A program made the position numbers and the translations under genes. DNA of 64,000 nucleotides from positions 65,974-129,973 of the forward strand of contig CAMXWF010000003.1 of NCBI GenBank assembly GCA_947252645.1, in the 5' to 3' direction. Below are positions 8,256 through 17,185 of the stretch, piece after piece. The first letter of the stretch is position 1; each line of letters starts with the position of its first letter. The notes beneath the pieces were generated by a model. The model made no database searches. It saw nothing but the letters and a program-made list of their open reading frames with translations, and had not been told where the DNA came from. Origin of the DNA: an uncultured Bacteroidia bacterium (GTDB taxonomy: Bacteria; Bacteroidota; Bacteroidia; Bacteroidales; CAJPTX01).

Positions 8256-10616
8256 CTATGCTTTTTTGAGCTTGGCGTATTTGAGCAGGAGCGTGCGCTC
8301 GCCCTCATGGTCGAAGAGGACCTTGACGCGCATGTTGACCCCATCGCCCATGATTTGCTTGACCTCTCCGTGGCCGAACTTGTCGTGGAGTACGCGTTCT
8401 CCGGCTTGGAAGGGGAGGTTGTCCTCGCCGGTGCGATCCACGAGCTCCGGGGTGGGCTGCTGGGTAACCTTTCCTTGCCCGAAGGGCGTGCGCAGTCTTG
8501 GTGCGCTGATAGCGTCGTCGCGGGTAGGTTGGCTCCGCAGGTTTGCCCCCCTGAAGCCACGCTGCCGGTAGCCTTCAAACTGCGTGCTGGCATTCTCCGC
8601 GCCGTTGACGTAGGGGTCGTAGAGGGGTTCAAAGCCCTCAATGGCCTCTCGGAGGAATTGGCTTGGTAGGCAGTTCATCTGCCTACCTTGGAGGAATCGG
8701 ACGGTGGCCCTGGTGAGTACGAGTCGCTTGGCGGCTCGGGTGAGGGCCACGTAGCATAGTCGTCGCTCCTCCTCAATCTGCTGTTCCTCGATGGCGCGCT
8801 GGAGGGGGAAGAGCTGCTGGTCGAGGCCTACAACGTAGACGTAGTCGAACTCGAGGCCCTTGGAGGAGTGGACCGTGCTCAGGATGACCCTGGCCTCTGG
8901 GGCCTCCTTATCGCTGGTATCGGCATCGGTCATCAGGCTCACCTGGTCGAGGAACATGGGCAGGGTGAACAGCTCGGTATTGCCCTCGTTGGCGAACTCT
9001 GCGGCGGACTTTTCCATTTCCTGGAGGAGCTCGCGGATATTGTCGTCGCGCACTAGGTCGGGGTCGTCGGGGTGGTTGATGTCCTCGGCGGCGTAGAGAG
9101 CCTGTAGCCCACTCTCGATGTAGATTGCTTGGGCGAGCTGGGCGGCCTCCGTCTGGTGGAGCTGGTGAAGCCAGCCATCAATCTGCATGCAGAGTGCGCA
9201 AATGGCATCCCAGCCCTTTCGGCTTAGGCCTTTTGGGGGGCTGACCATGGCGTGGAGGTAGCTCCACAGGGATTGGTTCTGGGCCGTGGCCGCCTCGAGC
9301 AGGCTCTGGATGGATTTTTCTCCTATTCCGCGCCGGGGCCTATTGATGATGCGTAGCAGGGCCTCCTGGTCGTTGGGGTTACATACGATGCGGATGTAGG
9401 CTAACAGATCCTGCACCTCCAGGCGGCTGAAGAAGGAGATGCCCCCGTAGACCACCGTGGGGACGCCGATTTTACGGCAGGCCGACTCCACGGCATTCGA
9501 CATGGCATTGGTGCGATAGAGGACGGCGAAGCGTGAGTAGGGGATCTGTCGTGAGAGGGCGATGCGCTGGATGTCGCGGGCCACGAAGGCCATTTCCTCG
9601 TCCATGGTGTAGAATTGCTCCACTACTACCGGCTCGCCCGTGGTGGCTGCGGCGCTGCGGCACTGTTTTTTCAGCCGGTCGGCATTATGGCTTATGAGCC
9701 TATTGGCGGCCTCCACGATGGCGGCCGTGGAGCGGTAGTTGAGCTCCAGCTTGACCTCTTGGGCGCCGCGGTAGGCGGTCTGGAAGTTGAGGATATTGCG
9801 TACCTCAGCGCCGCGGAAGCCGTAGATACTCTGGGAGTCATCGCCCACTACGCAGATGTTCTGCTGGGCATTGGTGAGTAGCTGGAGGATTTTGCTTTGG
9901 GCGATGTTGGTGTCTTGGAACTCGTCGACAAGGATGTGGGAGAATCGGGCTTGGAGGGTATTTCGGATGTCGGGGAAGTGCTTGAGGAGGAGGAACATGT
10001 TGAGCAGCAGGTCGTCGAAGTCCATGGCGTTGCTCTGCATGAGTTCCTGCTGGTAGCGGGCGTAGACCTCGGCCACGCGAGGCACGCGGCGCGCCTGGAG
10101 CATAGCCTGGATGTCGGGGTGGGAACAATAGACCTGGGCGGTGACGAGCTGATTTTTGGCGCTGGAGATGTAGCTCTGGACCATTTTGGGTCGGTAGCTC
10201 TCCTTGTCGAGGCCGAGGGCTTTGAGGATGAGCTTTTGGGTTTTCTCGGTGGCGCCAACGTCGTAGATGGAGAAGCCTGGGCGATAGCCCAGCTGCACAG
10301 CATAGTTGCGCAGGATGCGTAGGAAGATGGAATGGAAAGTGCCGGCCTGCACCTGCCGAGCCAGTCGTACACCCACGACGTCGGCTATGCGCGTGCGCAT
10401 CTCGCTGGCGGCCTTATTGGTGAAGGTCAAGGCGAGGATGCTGTCGGCGGGTACACCGTGGGCAATCAGGTAAGCTATTCTCAGGGTAAGCACCCTTGTT
10501 TTACCACTGCCGGCGCCCGCAAGCACGAGCAGGGGGCCCTCGGTGGTTTCCACTGCACGGCGCTGGGCCGGATTCAAGGTCGATATGAGGTCCTCCAGCT
10601 GCTTCACTGCCATCAA
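8256..10616 (-). CDS. UvrD/PcrA-family SF1 DNA helicase
   Basis: 786 aa with Walker A AGAGSGKT plus LVDEFQDTN, VGDDSQSIYGFRGA and TVHSSKGLEFD motifs. Confidence 0.9.
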   Translation of the reverse strand: MMAVKQLEDLISTLNPAQRRAVETTEGPLLVLAGAGSGKTRVLTLRIAYLIAHGVPADSILALTFTNKAASEMRTRIADVVGVRLARQVQAGTFHSIFLRILRNYAVQLGYRPGFSIYDVGATEKTQKLILKALGLDKESYRPKMVQSYISSAKNQLVTAQVYCSHPDIQAMLQARRVPRVAEVYARYQQELMQSNAMDFDDLLLNMFLLLKHFPDIRNTLQARFSHILVDEFQDTNIAQSKILQLLTNAQQNICVVGDDSQSIYGFRGAEVRNILNFQTAYRGAQEVKLELNYRSTAAIVEAANRLISHNADRLKKQCRSAAATTGEPVVVEQFYTMDEEMAFVARDIQRIALSRQIPYSRFAVLYRTNAMSNAVESACRKIGVPTVVYGGISFFSRLEVQDLLAYIRIVCNPNDQEALLRIINRPRRGIGEKSIQSLLEAATAQNQSLWSYLHAMVSPPKGLSRKGWDAICALCMQIDGWLHQLHQTEAAQLAQAIYIESGLQALYAAEDINHPDDPDLVRDDNIRELLQEMEKSAAEFANEGNTELFTLPMFLDQVSLMTDADTSDKEAPEARVILSTVHSSKGLEFDYVYVVGLDQQLFPLQRAIEEQQIEEERRLCYVALTRAAKRLVLTRATVRFLQGRQMNCLPSQFLREAIEGFEPLYDPYVNGAENASTQFEGYRQRGFRGANLRSQPTRDDAISAPRLRTPFGQGKVTQQPTPELVDRTGEDNLPFQAGERVLHDKFGHGEVKQIMGDGVNMRVKVLFDHEGERTLLLKYAKLKKA

Positions 10617-10684
10617 ATACGCCTAAAGGGAATAGTTATTTGCCCCGTGCGCCCAGCGTTGTTGGCCTGGCGCTGTGTGAGATT

Positions 10685-12268
10685 TTACTTCGCGATCATG
10701 ACGGCGCGGGTCTCTCGGATGACGGTGACCTTCACCTGCCCCGGGTAGGTCATTTCATCCTGGATTCGTTTGGCTATCTCTGCGGCCAGGCTGCTGGCAT
10801 CGTTATCGGTCACCTTGTCACTCCCAACGATGACGCGCAGCTCCCGCCCCGCCTGGATGGCGTAGGACTTTTCTACCCCAGGGTAGGATTTAGCCAGCGA
10901 CTCCATGTCCTGAAGACGCTTGATATACGATTCCACGACCTCACGCCGTGCGCCGGGTCGTGCGCCCGAGATGCTGTCGCACACCTGGACGATGGGGGAA
11001 ATCAGGGAGGACATTTCCACCTCGTCGTGGTGCGCGCCGATGGCGTTGCAGACCTCAGGTTTTTCCTTGTATTTTTGGGCCATTTCCATGCCCACGATGG
11101 CATGGGGCTTATCGGGGGTGTCCTCGGCCACTTTGCCGATGTCGTGTAGCAGGCCAGCGCGCTTGGCCAGCTTGACGTTGAGGCCCAACTCGCTGGCCAT
11201 GATGGCGCACAGGTTGGCCACCTCACGGGAGTGCTGGAGGAGATTCTGACCGTAGGAGGATCGGTATTTCATGCGGCCGACCATGCGGACCAGCTCGGCG
11301 TGCATGGGGTGGACGCCGAGGTCGATGACGGTGCGCTTGCCGGTTTCCATGATTTCTTCCTCGAGCTGCTTTCGCACGCGGTTGACGACCTCCTCGATGC
11401 GCGCTGGGTGGATGCGTCCGTCCTGTACGAGCTGATGGAGGGCAAGGCGGGCCAACTCGCGGCGCACGGGGTCGAACGCGGAGAGGACCACGGTGTCGGG
11501 GGTGTCGTCGACAATGACCTCGACCCCCGTGAGGGCTTCGAGGGTACGGATGTTGCGGCCCTCGCGGCCGATGATTTTGCCTTTGACGTCATCGGAGTCG
11601 ATATGGAAGGTGGAGACGGAGTTCTCCACGGCCGTTTCGGTGGCTAGGCGCTGCAGGGACTGTATGACGATCTTTTTTGCTTCCTTGTCGGCGGTGAGGC
11701 GGGCCTCATCGATGATCTCACTGCTGAGGCTGACGGCCTCTCGGTGGGCATCTTCTTCGACGCGCTGCATAAGCTGCTGTCGTGCTTGATCCACCGTGAG
11801 GCCGGCGACGCTTTCCAGCAAGCGGTCGGCCTCCTTGGTTTTGGTGTCCAGCTCTGAGAGCTTATTCTGGTACTCAGCTTTGGAGGCCTCGACACGCTGG
11901 GCCTCGTTGTCGAGGCGCATGCGATCGCCGTCGAGGGATTTGCGGAGACCCTCGACCTCGCGGCGGGTGCGCTGCAGTTCATTTTGCTGGTCGCGGACTT
12001 GCCCCTCGCGGCGCCGGAGGTCGGATTCCTGGCGCACCAAGGCCTCCTCTCGCTGCTGACAAGAGTTGCGAAACTCATTGCGCAGTTGGTTGAACTGCTC
12101 TGTGGCCTCCTGACGTTTTTGCTGCTCTAGGCGCTCGGCCTGCTGCTGCGCGTTGTGGAGAAAAGCGGTTTTCCAACGCGCGAAGACCCTACTCAAGAGC
12201 CAATAGGATAGCCCCACCCCCACTGCGAAGGCGACCAACGATATGACAATAAGCACGATTTTATCCAT
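10685..12268 (-). CDS. rny: ribonuclease Y
   Basis: ATG at 12268 gives 527 aa. It has an N-terminal TM helix, a coiled coil, a KH domain ([12 protein letters not shown]) and an HD domain (LLHDIGK). The ORF-track start at 12406 lies in the structured intergenic element. Confidence 0.92.
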   Translation of the reverse strand: MDKIVLIVISLVAFAVGVGLSYWLLSRVFARWKTAFLHNAQQQAERLEQQKRQEATEQFNQLRNEFRNSCQQREEALVRQESDLRRREGQVRDQQNELQRTRREVEGLRKSLDGDRMRLDNEAQRVEASKAEYQNKLSELDTKTKEADRLLESVAGLTVDQARQQLMQRVEEDAHREAVSLSSEIIDEARLTADKEAKKIVIQSLQRLATETAVENSVSTFHIDSDDVKGKIIGREGRNIRTLEALTGVEVIVDDTPDTVVLSAFDPVRRELARLALHQLVQDGRIHPARIEEVVNRVRKQLEEEIMETGKRTVIDLGVHPMHAELVRMVGRMKYRSSYGQNLLQHSREVANLCAIMASELGLNVKLAKRAGLLHDIGKVAEDTPDKPHAIVGMEMAQKYKEKPEVCNAIGAHHDEVEMSSLISPIVQVCDSISGARPGARREVVESYIKRLQDMESLAKSYPGVEKSYAIQAGRELRVIVGSDKVTDNDASSLAAEIAKRIQDEMTYPGQVKVTVIRETRAVMIAK

Positions 12269-12279
12269 AACACAGACGC

Positions 12280-12526
12280 ACAAAAAGAGGGAGACGAGCC
12301 CTGACGCTGGCCGGGGAATTTTGGAAGCTCCAAAATTCACATGTATAGGCTTGCTGCAACGTGCGGGCTTCCAACGTTGGTGTGGCGGCCAAGACCGCCC
12401 CGCCAATCCCCGCCCGAAGGCCGGTCACCTAGGCCTGCCCTAGCGTCACTAAGCTTGTGCCTAATGATAAAACGCTGAGCTCCGCAATTCACACGCGTAG
12501 CCGGCGTCCCGTGGCTCGTCTCCCAG
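12280..12526 (-). ncRNA. candidate structured RNA (6S-like sRNA or rny 5' leader/attenuator)
   Basis: A 12-bp perfect long-range helix (12513-12524 with 12289-12300) is extended by GACGC/GCGTC. Inside are internal hairpins, including a 10-bp palindrome (12316-12338) and a UUCG-loop hairpin. A U5 tract follows the closing helix and a -7-like box (GATCTTTG, 12533-12540) precedes it. Confidence 0.45.
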
Positions 12527-12539
12527 AGGTTACAAAGAT

Positions 12540-12875
12540 CTATTTGTCGTGCTGTGTAAGGAAATTGTCGACCTGAATGCGCAGTGCTCGGCAGACTTCG
12601 AGGAGCTGGTCGTGGTGCAGGTTGCGCTCTTGGAGCTTCATGGCGCGCAGCTCGCTGAACAGTGCGGCCTTGACCAGCGAGGCCTCCCGTCGTGCGGCCA
12701 TGTCGCTGCCGCTGCTGCGCATGCTTTCGAAGCTCTGCTGGAACGATGCATCCACCCTCCTTGCGGCCTGCAGCATGTATGGTGCTGCGCCCTCGGGGGC
12801 ATTGAGACTATATGTCTTCCCGGCTATCACTACCTGGACATCCGCTGTGGGCTGCTCCATGGTTTTTCCTTTCAC
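12540..12875 (-). CDS. zapA: cell division protein ZapA
   Basis: 111 aa small protein with a ZapA-like N-terminal beta region (VQVVIAGKTYSLN) and a C-terminal coiled coil. The zapA-rny neighbourhood is conserved. Confidence 0.75.
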   Translation of the reverse strand: MKGKTMEQPTADVQVVIAGKTYSLNAPEGAAPYMLQAARRVDASFQQSFESMRSSGSDMAARREASLVKAALFSELRAMKLQERNLHHDQLLEVCRALRIQVDNFLTQHDK

Positions 12876-12893
12876 AACAACGTGGGTTCACCG

Positions 12894-13187
12894 CTAGCTT
12901 CGCAAGAGGCCGATGCACACATCGATTTCGTGCAGGGCATCGCGTAGTAGGTATTTGGCGGCCTTGGCGTCGCTGGAGCCTGGGCCAAAGGCCACGGCGG
13001 CCTTCGCTACCTGCAGACCCTGCTCCGCCTCGGCCAGCTTGGCCTCTGCCTGCTTACGCAAGGACTCCGACTGCTTGAGCTGCTCTTGGGTATGCGCCAA
13101 CTTCTCCAACACGCTCTGGTAGGCCGCCAGCAGTTTTCCCACCGACTCCCCCAGGCTCTTGACCTCTATGTCGAGCGCATCCTCCAT
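12894..13187 (-). CDS. small coiled-coil protein (hypothetical, ZapB-like character)
   Basis: 97 aa with heptad-rich sequence. It is the first gene after the -7 box at 13227 and sits 18 nt upstream of zapA. Confidence 0.55.
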   Translation of the reverse strand: MEDALDIEVKSLGESVGKLLAAYQSVLEKLAHTQEQLKQSESLRKQAEAKLAEAEQGLQVAKAAVAFGPGSSDAKAAKYLLRDALHEIDVCIGLLRS

Positions 13188-13226
13188 GGCACCAAGCCTC
13201 TCCTATCCCTAGCGTTGTTCCCAAGA

Positions 13227-13234
13227 CAAAGGTA
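13227..13234 (-). promoter_or_regulatory. -7 promoter box (TACCTTTG) for the coiled-coil/zapA/rny transcription unit
   Basis: TAnnTTTG consensus ~40 nt upstream of the ATG at 13187. Confidence 0.6.
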
Positions 13235-13330
13235 GCAAATTGCCCTTTGTCAGCAAAATTCCCGTTTTTGGCCGCTTGGTTCGGCTGTTGGTTGGGCGTG
13301 CTAGGCCGCCCCTACTCCACCATCCCTGGG

Positions 13331-13963
13331 CTACTTACGCCCATAGTCTGCCGGGATCTCTCCCCAGTCCTTGGTGCGCCACTTGTAGAGGGGGTTGTCC
13401 CAATGGTGTTGCTGGAGCCATTTCTCGGCTCGCTGCACGAGGGCGCGCAGGGGAGCGTTGTTGGGCGTTGGGGGCATTGCGGTGTTGGCCTTCTTATGGC
13501 GTACCCAGGAGAGGGCCGTGATGCTATCGGAATAGATGGGGTAGGTGTGTAGGGCTGGATTCTCAGCCTGGGAGAGCAGGGCAATGGCGTGAACAAGGGC
13601 TAGGAACTCCCCCACGTTGTTGGTAGTGTCGGGGAAGGGGCCCATGGCAAAGATGACTTGCCGGGTATCGGTCACCACGCCCCGATACTCCATGGTGCCT
13701 GTTTTCATGTTGCAGGCGGCATCGACGGCCACGGAGGGTAGCACGGGCTTCACGCCTGCTGTGAGCCAGCGCGGCGCAGTGGGGGCGTGTGGGGGGACAA
13801 AGGGCTTTGCATAGGCCTGCTTGGCCTCCTCGAGGGTGGCATAGCCTCGGTACTGGGCCCCGGGGAAGCCATCCACTTGGGCCTTACAATCCGCCCAGCT
13901 GGCATAGACACCTGGTGTGAGCCCTTTCCAGACCACATAGTACTTTTTCGCCCGCTGCACCAT
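13331..13963 (-). CDS. rnhA: ribonuclease HI with N-terminal hybrid-binding (RNase H1 N-terminal) domain
   Basis: ATG at 13963 gives 210 aa. The N-terminus reads KKYYVVWKGLTPGVYASWADCKAQVDGFPGAQYRGYATLEEAKQAY. The C-terminal RNase H fold shows AVDAAC...GEFLALVHA...IYSDS. Confidence 0.85.
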   Translation of the reverse strand: MVQRAKKYYVVWKGLTPGVYASWADCKAQVDGFPGAQYRGYATLEEAKQAYAKPFVPPHAPTAPRWLTAGVKPVLPSVAVDAACNMKTGTMEYRGVVTDTRQVIFAMGPFPDTTNNVGEFLALVHAIALLSQAENPALHTYPIYSDSITALSWVRHKKANTAMPPTPNNAPLRALVQRAEKWLQQHHWDNPLYKWRTKDWGEIPADYGRK

Positions 13964-13967
13964 GGCC

Positions 13968-14789
13968 CTACTGCTTGAGCTGGAAGATGTAGGTAATGCT
14001 CCCCACCTGCTGTTCTGGGGCATTGCTGTCGGTGTCGAAGGAAGCTTGCAGCGCGGCCTGTCGGGCCACCTGCAGGAGGGCATTGTCGAAGGTAGTGCTA
14101 CCGGGCTGCCCGGCCTCCGCCCGCACCACTCGGCCCTGACGATTGACCCATACCTTCACCACCACCTTTCCGCCCTTCTGCTTGGGGTAACTTGGCAGGG
14201 GCAAACTCAATGCGCCCCTAGCCCCCAGGCTATAGCTAATGCCGTGGGCATCCTGCCCTGCGCCCTTGGAGCCCTGACCCTGCCCAAGCCCCGCTGCCCC
14301 TGTATAGCTAGATGAGGGGTCGCCCTGCTGGCCAGGGGTGTTTCCTAGTCCACTGCCCTGCTGCTGCGAGCTATTGCCCTGCGCGTGTCCCGGGAAGAGT
14401 GCGTCCTTGTCTACCTGGGGTACTGGAGGTTTTGTTGGCTCTGGGGGTGGTGTCTCCTGTTTTTCCTGTGGCTTAGGTCGGTGCGTTGGCTTGGGGACAG
14501 GGATGGAGGGAGCCTCTTCAAAATCTTGAGTCAAGGGTTCTACCTGCTGGCGTGTCTGGGTCCTGCGGGGTGCTGGAGCAGCCGTGGGGCCTCCTTGTCC
14601 GCCCGCGGTGGGCTCTCCAAACGATACGGCTATCCCCTCCTCCCCCGGTAGGGGCAGGGGGGTAGAGAAGCCAAAATAGAACAGGATGAACAGCAGCAAG
14701 AGCTGCAGGAGCAGGGTAGCCAACAAGGCCCAGCGTTGCGCCGATTTGTCGCTGTCGCCCCAAGTGTATTTGACCGACTCGTAGCCCAA
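13968..14789 (-). CDS. tonB: energy transducer TonB
   Basis: 273 aa with an N-terminal TM helix, a Pro/Gln-rich linker and a C-terminal TonB domain. It lies directly downstream of exbB-exbD. Confidence 0.85.
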   Translation of the reverse strand: MGYESVKYTWGDSDKSAQRWALLATLLLQLLLLFILFYFGFSTPLPLPGEEGIAVSFGEPTAGGQGGPTAAPAPRRTQTRQQVEPLTQDFEEAPSIPVPKPTHRPKPQEKQETPPPEPTKPPVPQVDKDALFPGHAQGNSSQQQGSGLGNTPGQQGDPSSSYTGAAGLGQGQGSKGAGQDAHGISYSLGARGALSLPLPSYPKQKGGKVVVKVWVNRQGRVVRAEAGQPGSTTFDNALLQVARQAALQASFDTDSNAPEQQVGSITYIFQLKQ

Positions 14790-14811
14790 AGCCCTGTTGG
14801 TTGTAACCCGT

Positions 14812-15210
14812 CTACCTATCGAGGGGAGCAGTGGCCAAGATGAGCTTGTAGCGGTTGTCCTTGGCGATGTTCATGACCTTGACGACGGCCTCCATGGGCA
14901 CACTTCTATCCACGTGGAGGGAGATGGTAGGCTCTGCTTCGTGGGCCAGCTTGCGCTGGAGGTAGCCCTCCATCTGCCCTATCGGCACGGGGGTTTGCTC
15001 CACATAATAGGCTAGGTCGCGGGTGATGCTCACGGTGGTAATAGCTTGGGCCGAGGTCTGGCTGTTGCTCTGGGGTAGCAGGAGCTTGAGGGCATTGGGG
15101 GCTACCAGGGTGGAGGTGACCATGAAAAAGATGAGGAGCAGGAAGACGATGTCGGTCATCGATGACATCTGGAAGGTGGCCTCTGCCCCCGTATGGCGCT
15201 TGAGTTTCAT
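14812..15210 (-). CDS. exbD: biopolymer transporter ExbD
   Basis: 132 aa with the typical ExbD/TolR N-terminus (MSSMTDIVFLLLIFFMV). Confidence 0.9.
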   Translation of the reverse strand: MKLKRHTGAEATFQMSSMTDIVFLLLIFFMVTSTLVAPNALKLLLPQSNSQTSAQAITTVSITRDLAYYVEQTPVPIGQMEGYLQRKLAHEAEPTISLHVDRSVPMEAVVKVMNIAKDNRYKLILATAPLDR

Positions 15211-15221
15211 GGGGTGGGCAG

Positions 15222-15902
15222 CTATTTCATTGGCTCGTTGAGCAGATCCATGAACTCCAGGGAGTTGGCCTCCATCTGGAAGACCACCCTGTCGATTCTG
15301 GCCACGAGGAAGTTGTAGCCAAAGTAGGCCAGGATACCGACGATGAGACCCGCGACTGTGGTGACCATGGCCGTATAAATGCCGCTGGAGAGCAGCCCCA
15401 CATCGATGTTGTTGCCCGCCATGGACATGTCGTAGAAGGCCTGAATCATCCCGGTCACGGTGCCGAGGAAGCCTATCATGGGTCCTCCGCCCGAGACCGT
15501 GGCCAACATGGGCAAGCCTCGTTCGAGCTTGGCCACCTCTAGGTTGCCCACATTCTCAATCGCCGTGTTCAGATCGGCCATCGGGCGGCCGATGCGCTCG
15601 ATCCCCTTGGCGATCATATTTGAGACGGGGCTTTTCTGGGTGTGGCAGAGCTCCAAGGCCGCCTCGATCTTATCGTCGATGATGTACTCCCGGATGCGGT
15701 TCATGAAGTTCTGGTCGATCCGCGAGGCTCTTCGGATAGCTATGTAGCGCTCGAAGAAAATGTACATCGACAGCAACCACAGCAGCACCAAGGGTATCAT
15801 CAACCAGCCACCCTTGACGGCCATGTCCCACAGGCTCATATCGATGCTACCAGCTGCTGCAGTCACCGCCGAGCTGTCTATCGTGATTTGTAGTAGCTCC
15901 AT
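15222..15902 (-). CDS. exbB: MotA/TolQ/ExbB proton channel protein
   Basis: 226 aa with three TM segments and a conserved GLLGTVxGM-like block (GFLGTVTGMIQAF). Confidence 0.9.
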   Translation of the reverse strand: MELLQITIDSSAVTAAAGSIDMSLWDMAVKGGWLMIPLVLLWLLSMYIFFERYIAIRRASRIDQNFMNRIREYIIDDKIEAALELCHTQKSPVSNMIAKGIERIGRPMADLNTAIENVGNLEVAKLERGLPMLATVSGGGPMIGFLGTVTGMIQAFYDMSMAGNNIDVGLLSSGIYTAMVTTVAGLIVGILAYFGYNFLVARIDRVVFQMEANSLEFMDLLNEPMK

Positions 15903-15928
15903 CCTATCCTAGTGTGCTTGTGTCTCCG

Positions 15929-15936
15929 CAAAGGTA
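15929..15936 (-). promoter_or_regulatory. -7 promoter box (TACCTTTG) for exbB-exbD-tonB-rnhA
   Basis: TAnnTTTG consensus ~27 nt upstream of the exbB ATG. Confidence 0.6.
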
Positions 15937-16508
15937 GCCAAATCCAATAAATCTCCAGGGGTCTATGCGCAAGAGCCATTAGCGTTTACCTAGTCGCAGG
16001 GCAATAGCGCAAAGCCGACATGGGACAGTATGCCCCATGCGCCACCTTGGCTCGCGCGTAGAGCAGCGCGATTTCGCCCCCACAGACCACGCTTGGGAAT
16101 GCCCTCGTGTGTAGGCGCCTATTGCCTGCCAGAGCGTAGCAGGAGTCATGACACCAACGCCCCTCCGCCCATCCCATCAAGCGCTCTCCACAAGGCTTGC
16201 GACCTACCTACACAAAATGTGGCCCTGGCAGTAGGCACCCCAGGCAGTTCCCGCCCGCGGCCTACCTCCGCATTCCATTCCGCACTCCTACCCCGACCCC
16301 AGTTTTACTGCGGGGTATGGTACTTGGGATGTATTACCAATGGGTATATCACGCCAAGCAGCCACCTGACTGCCATTGACTGCGATATACGCCATGCCTG
16401 CCTGCTGGCCGGACTCAGGGTAAGGGCTAAAGAGCCCCTGGTAGTTTCCGAGCCTCGTTACAGTCCGCAGGCAGCCATACAGGCATTGAGGGGGAGGCCC
16501 AACGTCTC

Positions 16509-17180
16509 CTATTCCATTTCCACGATGGCCCCATCGGCCATGTGGACCACCACGTCGGCCAGGGCGGCTAGGTCCTCATCGTGGGTGACCACGACGAAGG
16601 TTTTGCCCAAGGTGTCGCGCAGGTGGAGGAACATGGCGTAGAGATCGGCCCTATTGGCTGAGTCCAGATTGCCCGTGGGCTCGTCGGCTAGGATGAGGGG
16701 CGGGTCATTGGCTAGTGCCCTACAGACAGCCACGCGCTGCTGCTCGCCACCCGAAAGCGTACTGGGCTTGTGGTGCGCGCGGGGCGTGAGGCCAAAAGTA
16801 TCCAGGAGGTCCCCTGCCCGCTGCTTGGCCCTGGCCATGGATTCACCCCTTATGAGCAAAGGCATGCACACATTCTCCAGCGCGGTGAACTCTGGCAGCA
16901 GGTAGTGGAACTGAAAGACAAAGCCTATGCGCTCATTACGGAAGCGGGCCTTGGCGCGAGCCGAGAGCTTTGTCACGTCCTGTCCCTGCACCAGCACCTG
17001 TCCCTGGTCGGGGGCCAGCAGGGTGCCGATGATTTGTAGCAGCGTGGTTTTGCCTGCGCCGCTGGGGCCCACGATGGCCACCAAGGCCTGCGTAGGCACC
17101 TGAAGGCCTATTCCCTTGAGTACCTCCAGCTGGCCATAGTGCTTCGTGATGGCATGCGCCTCCAATATCACGTTGGCCAT
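16509..17180 (-). CDS. ABC transporter ATP-binding protein (LolD/MacB-type)
   Basis: 223 aa with Walker A GPSGAGKTT, signature LSGGEQQRVA and Walker B ILADEPTG. Confidence 0.88.
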   Translation of the reverse strand: MANVILEAHAITKHYGQLEVLKGIGLQVPTQALVAIVGPSGAGKTTLLQIIGTLLAPDQGQVLVQGQDVTKLSARAKARFRNERIGFVFQFHYLLPEFTALENVCMPLLIRGESMARAKQRAGDLLDTFGLTPRAHHKPSTLSGGEQQRVAVCRALANDPPLILADEPTGNLDSANRADLYAMFLHLRDTLGKTFVVVTHDEDLAALADVVVHMADGAIVEME

Positions 17181-17185
17181 AGCCC

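Noticed and set aside
16030-16641. 203-aa ORF in the exbB/ABC-ATPase gap.
   Set aside because: Its 3' third overlaps the ABC ATPase gene antisense. Its composition is Pro/Ala/Arg/Ser-rich, and I recognised no promoter box or family.
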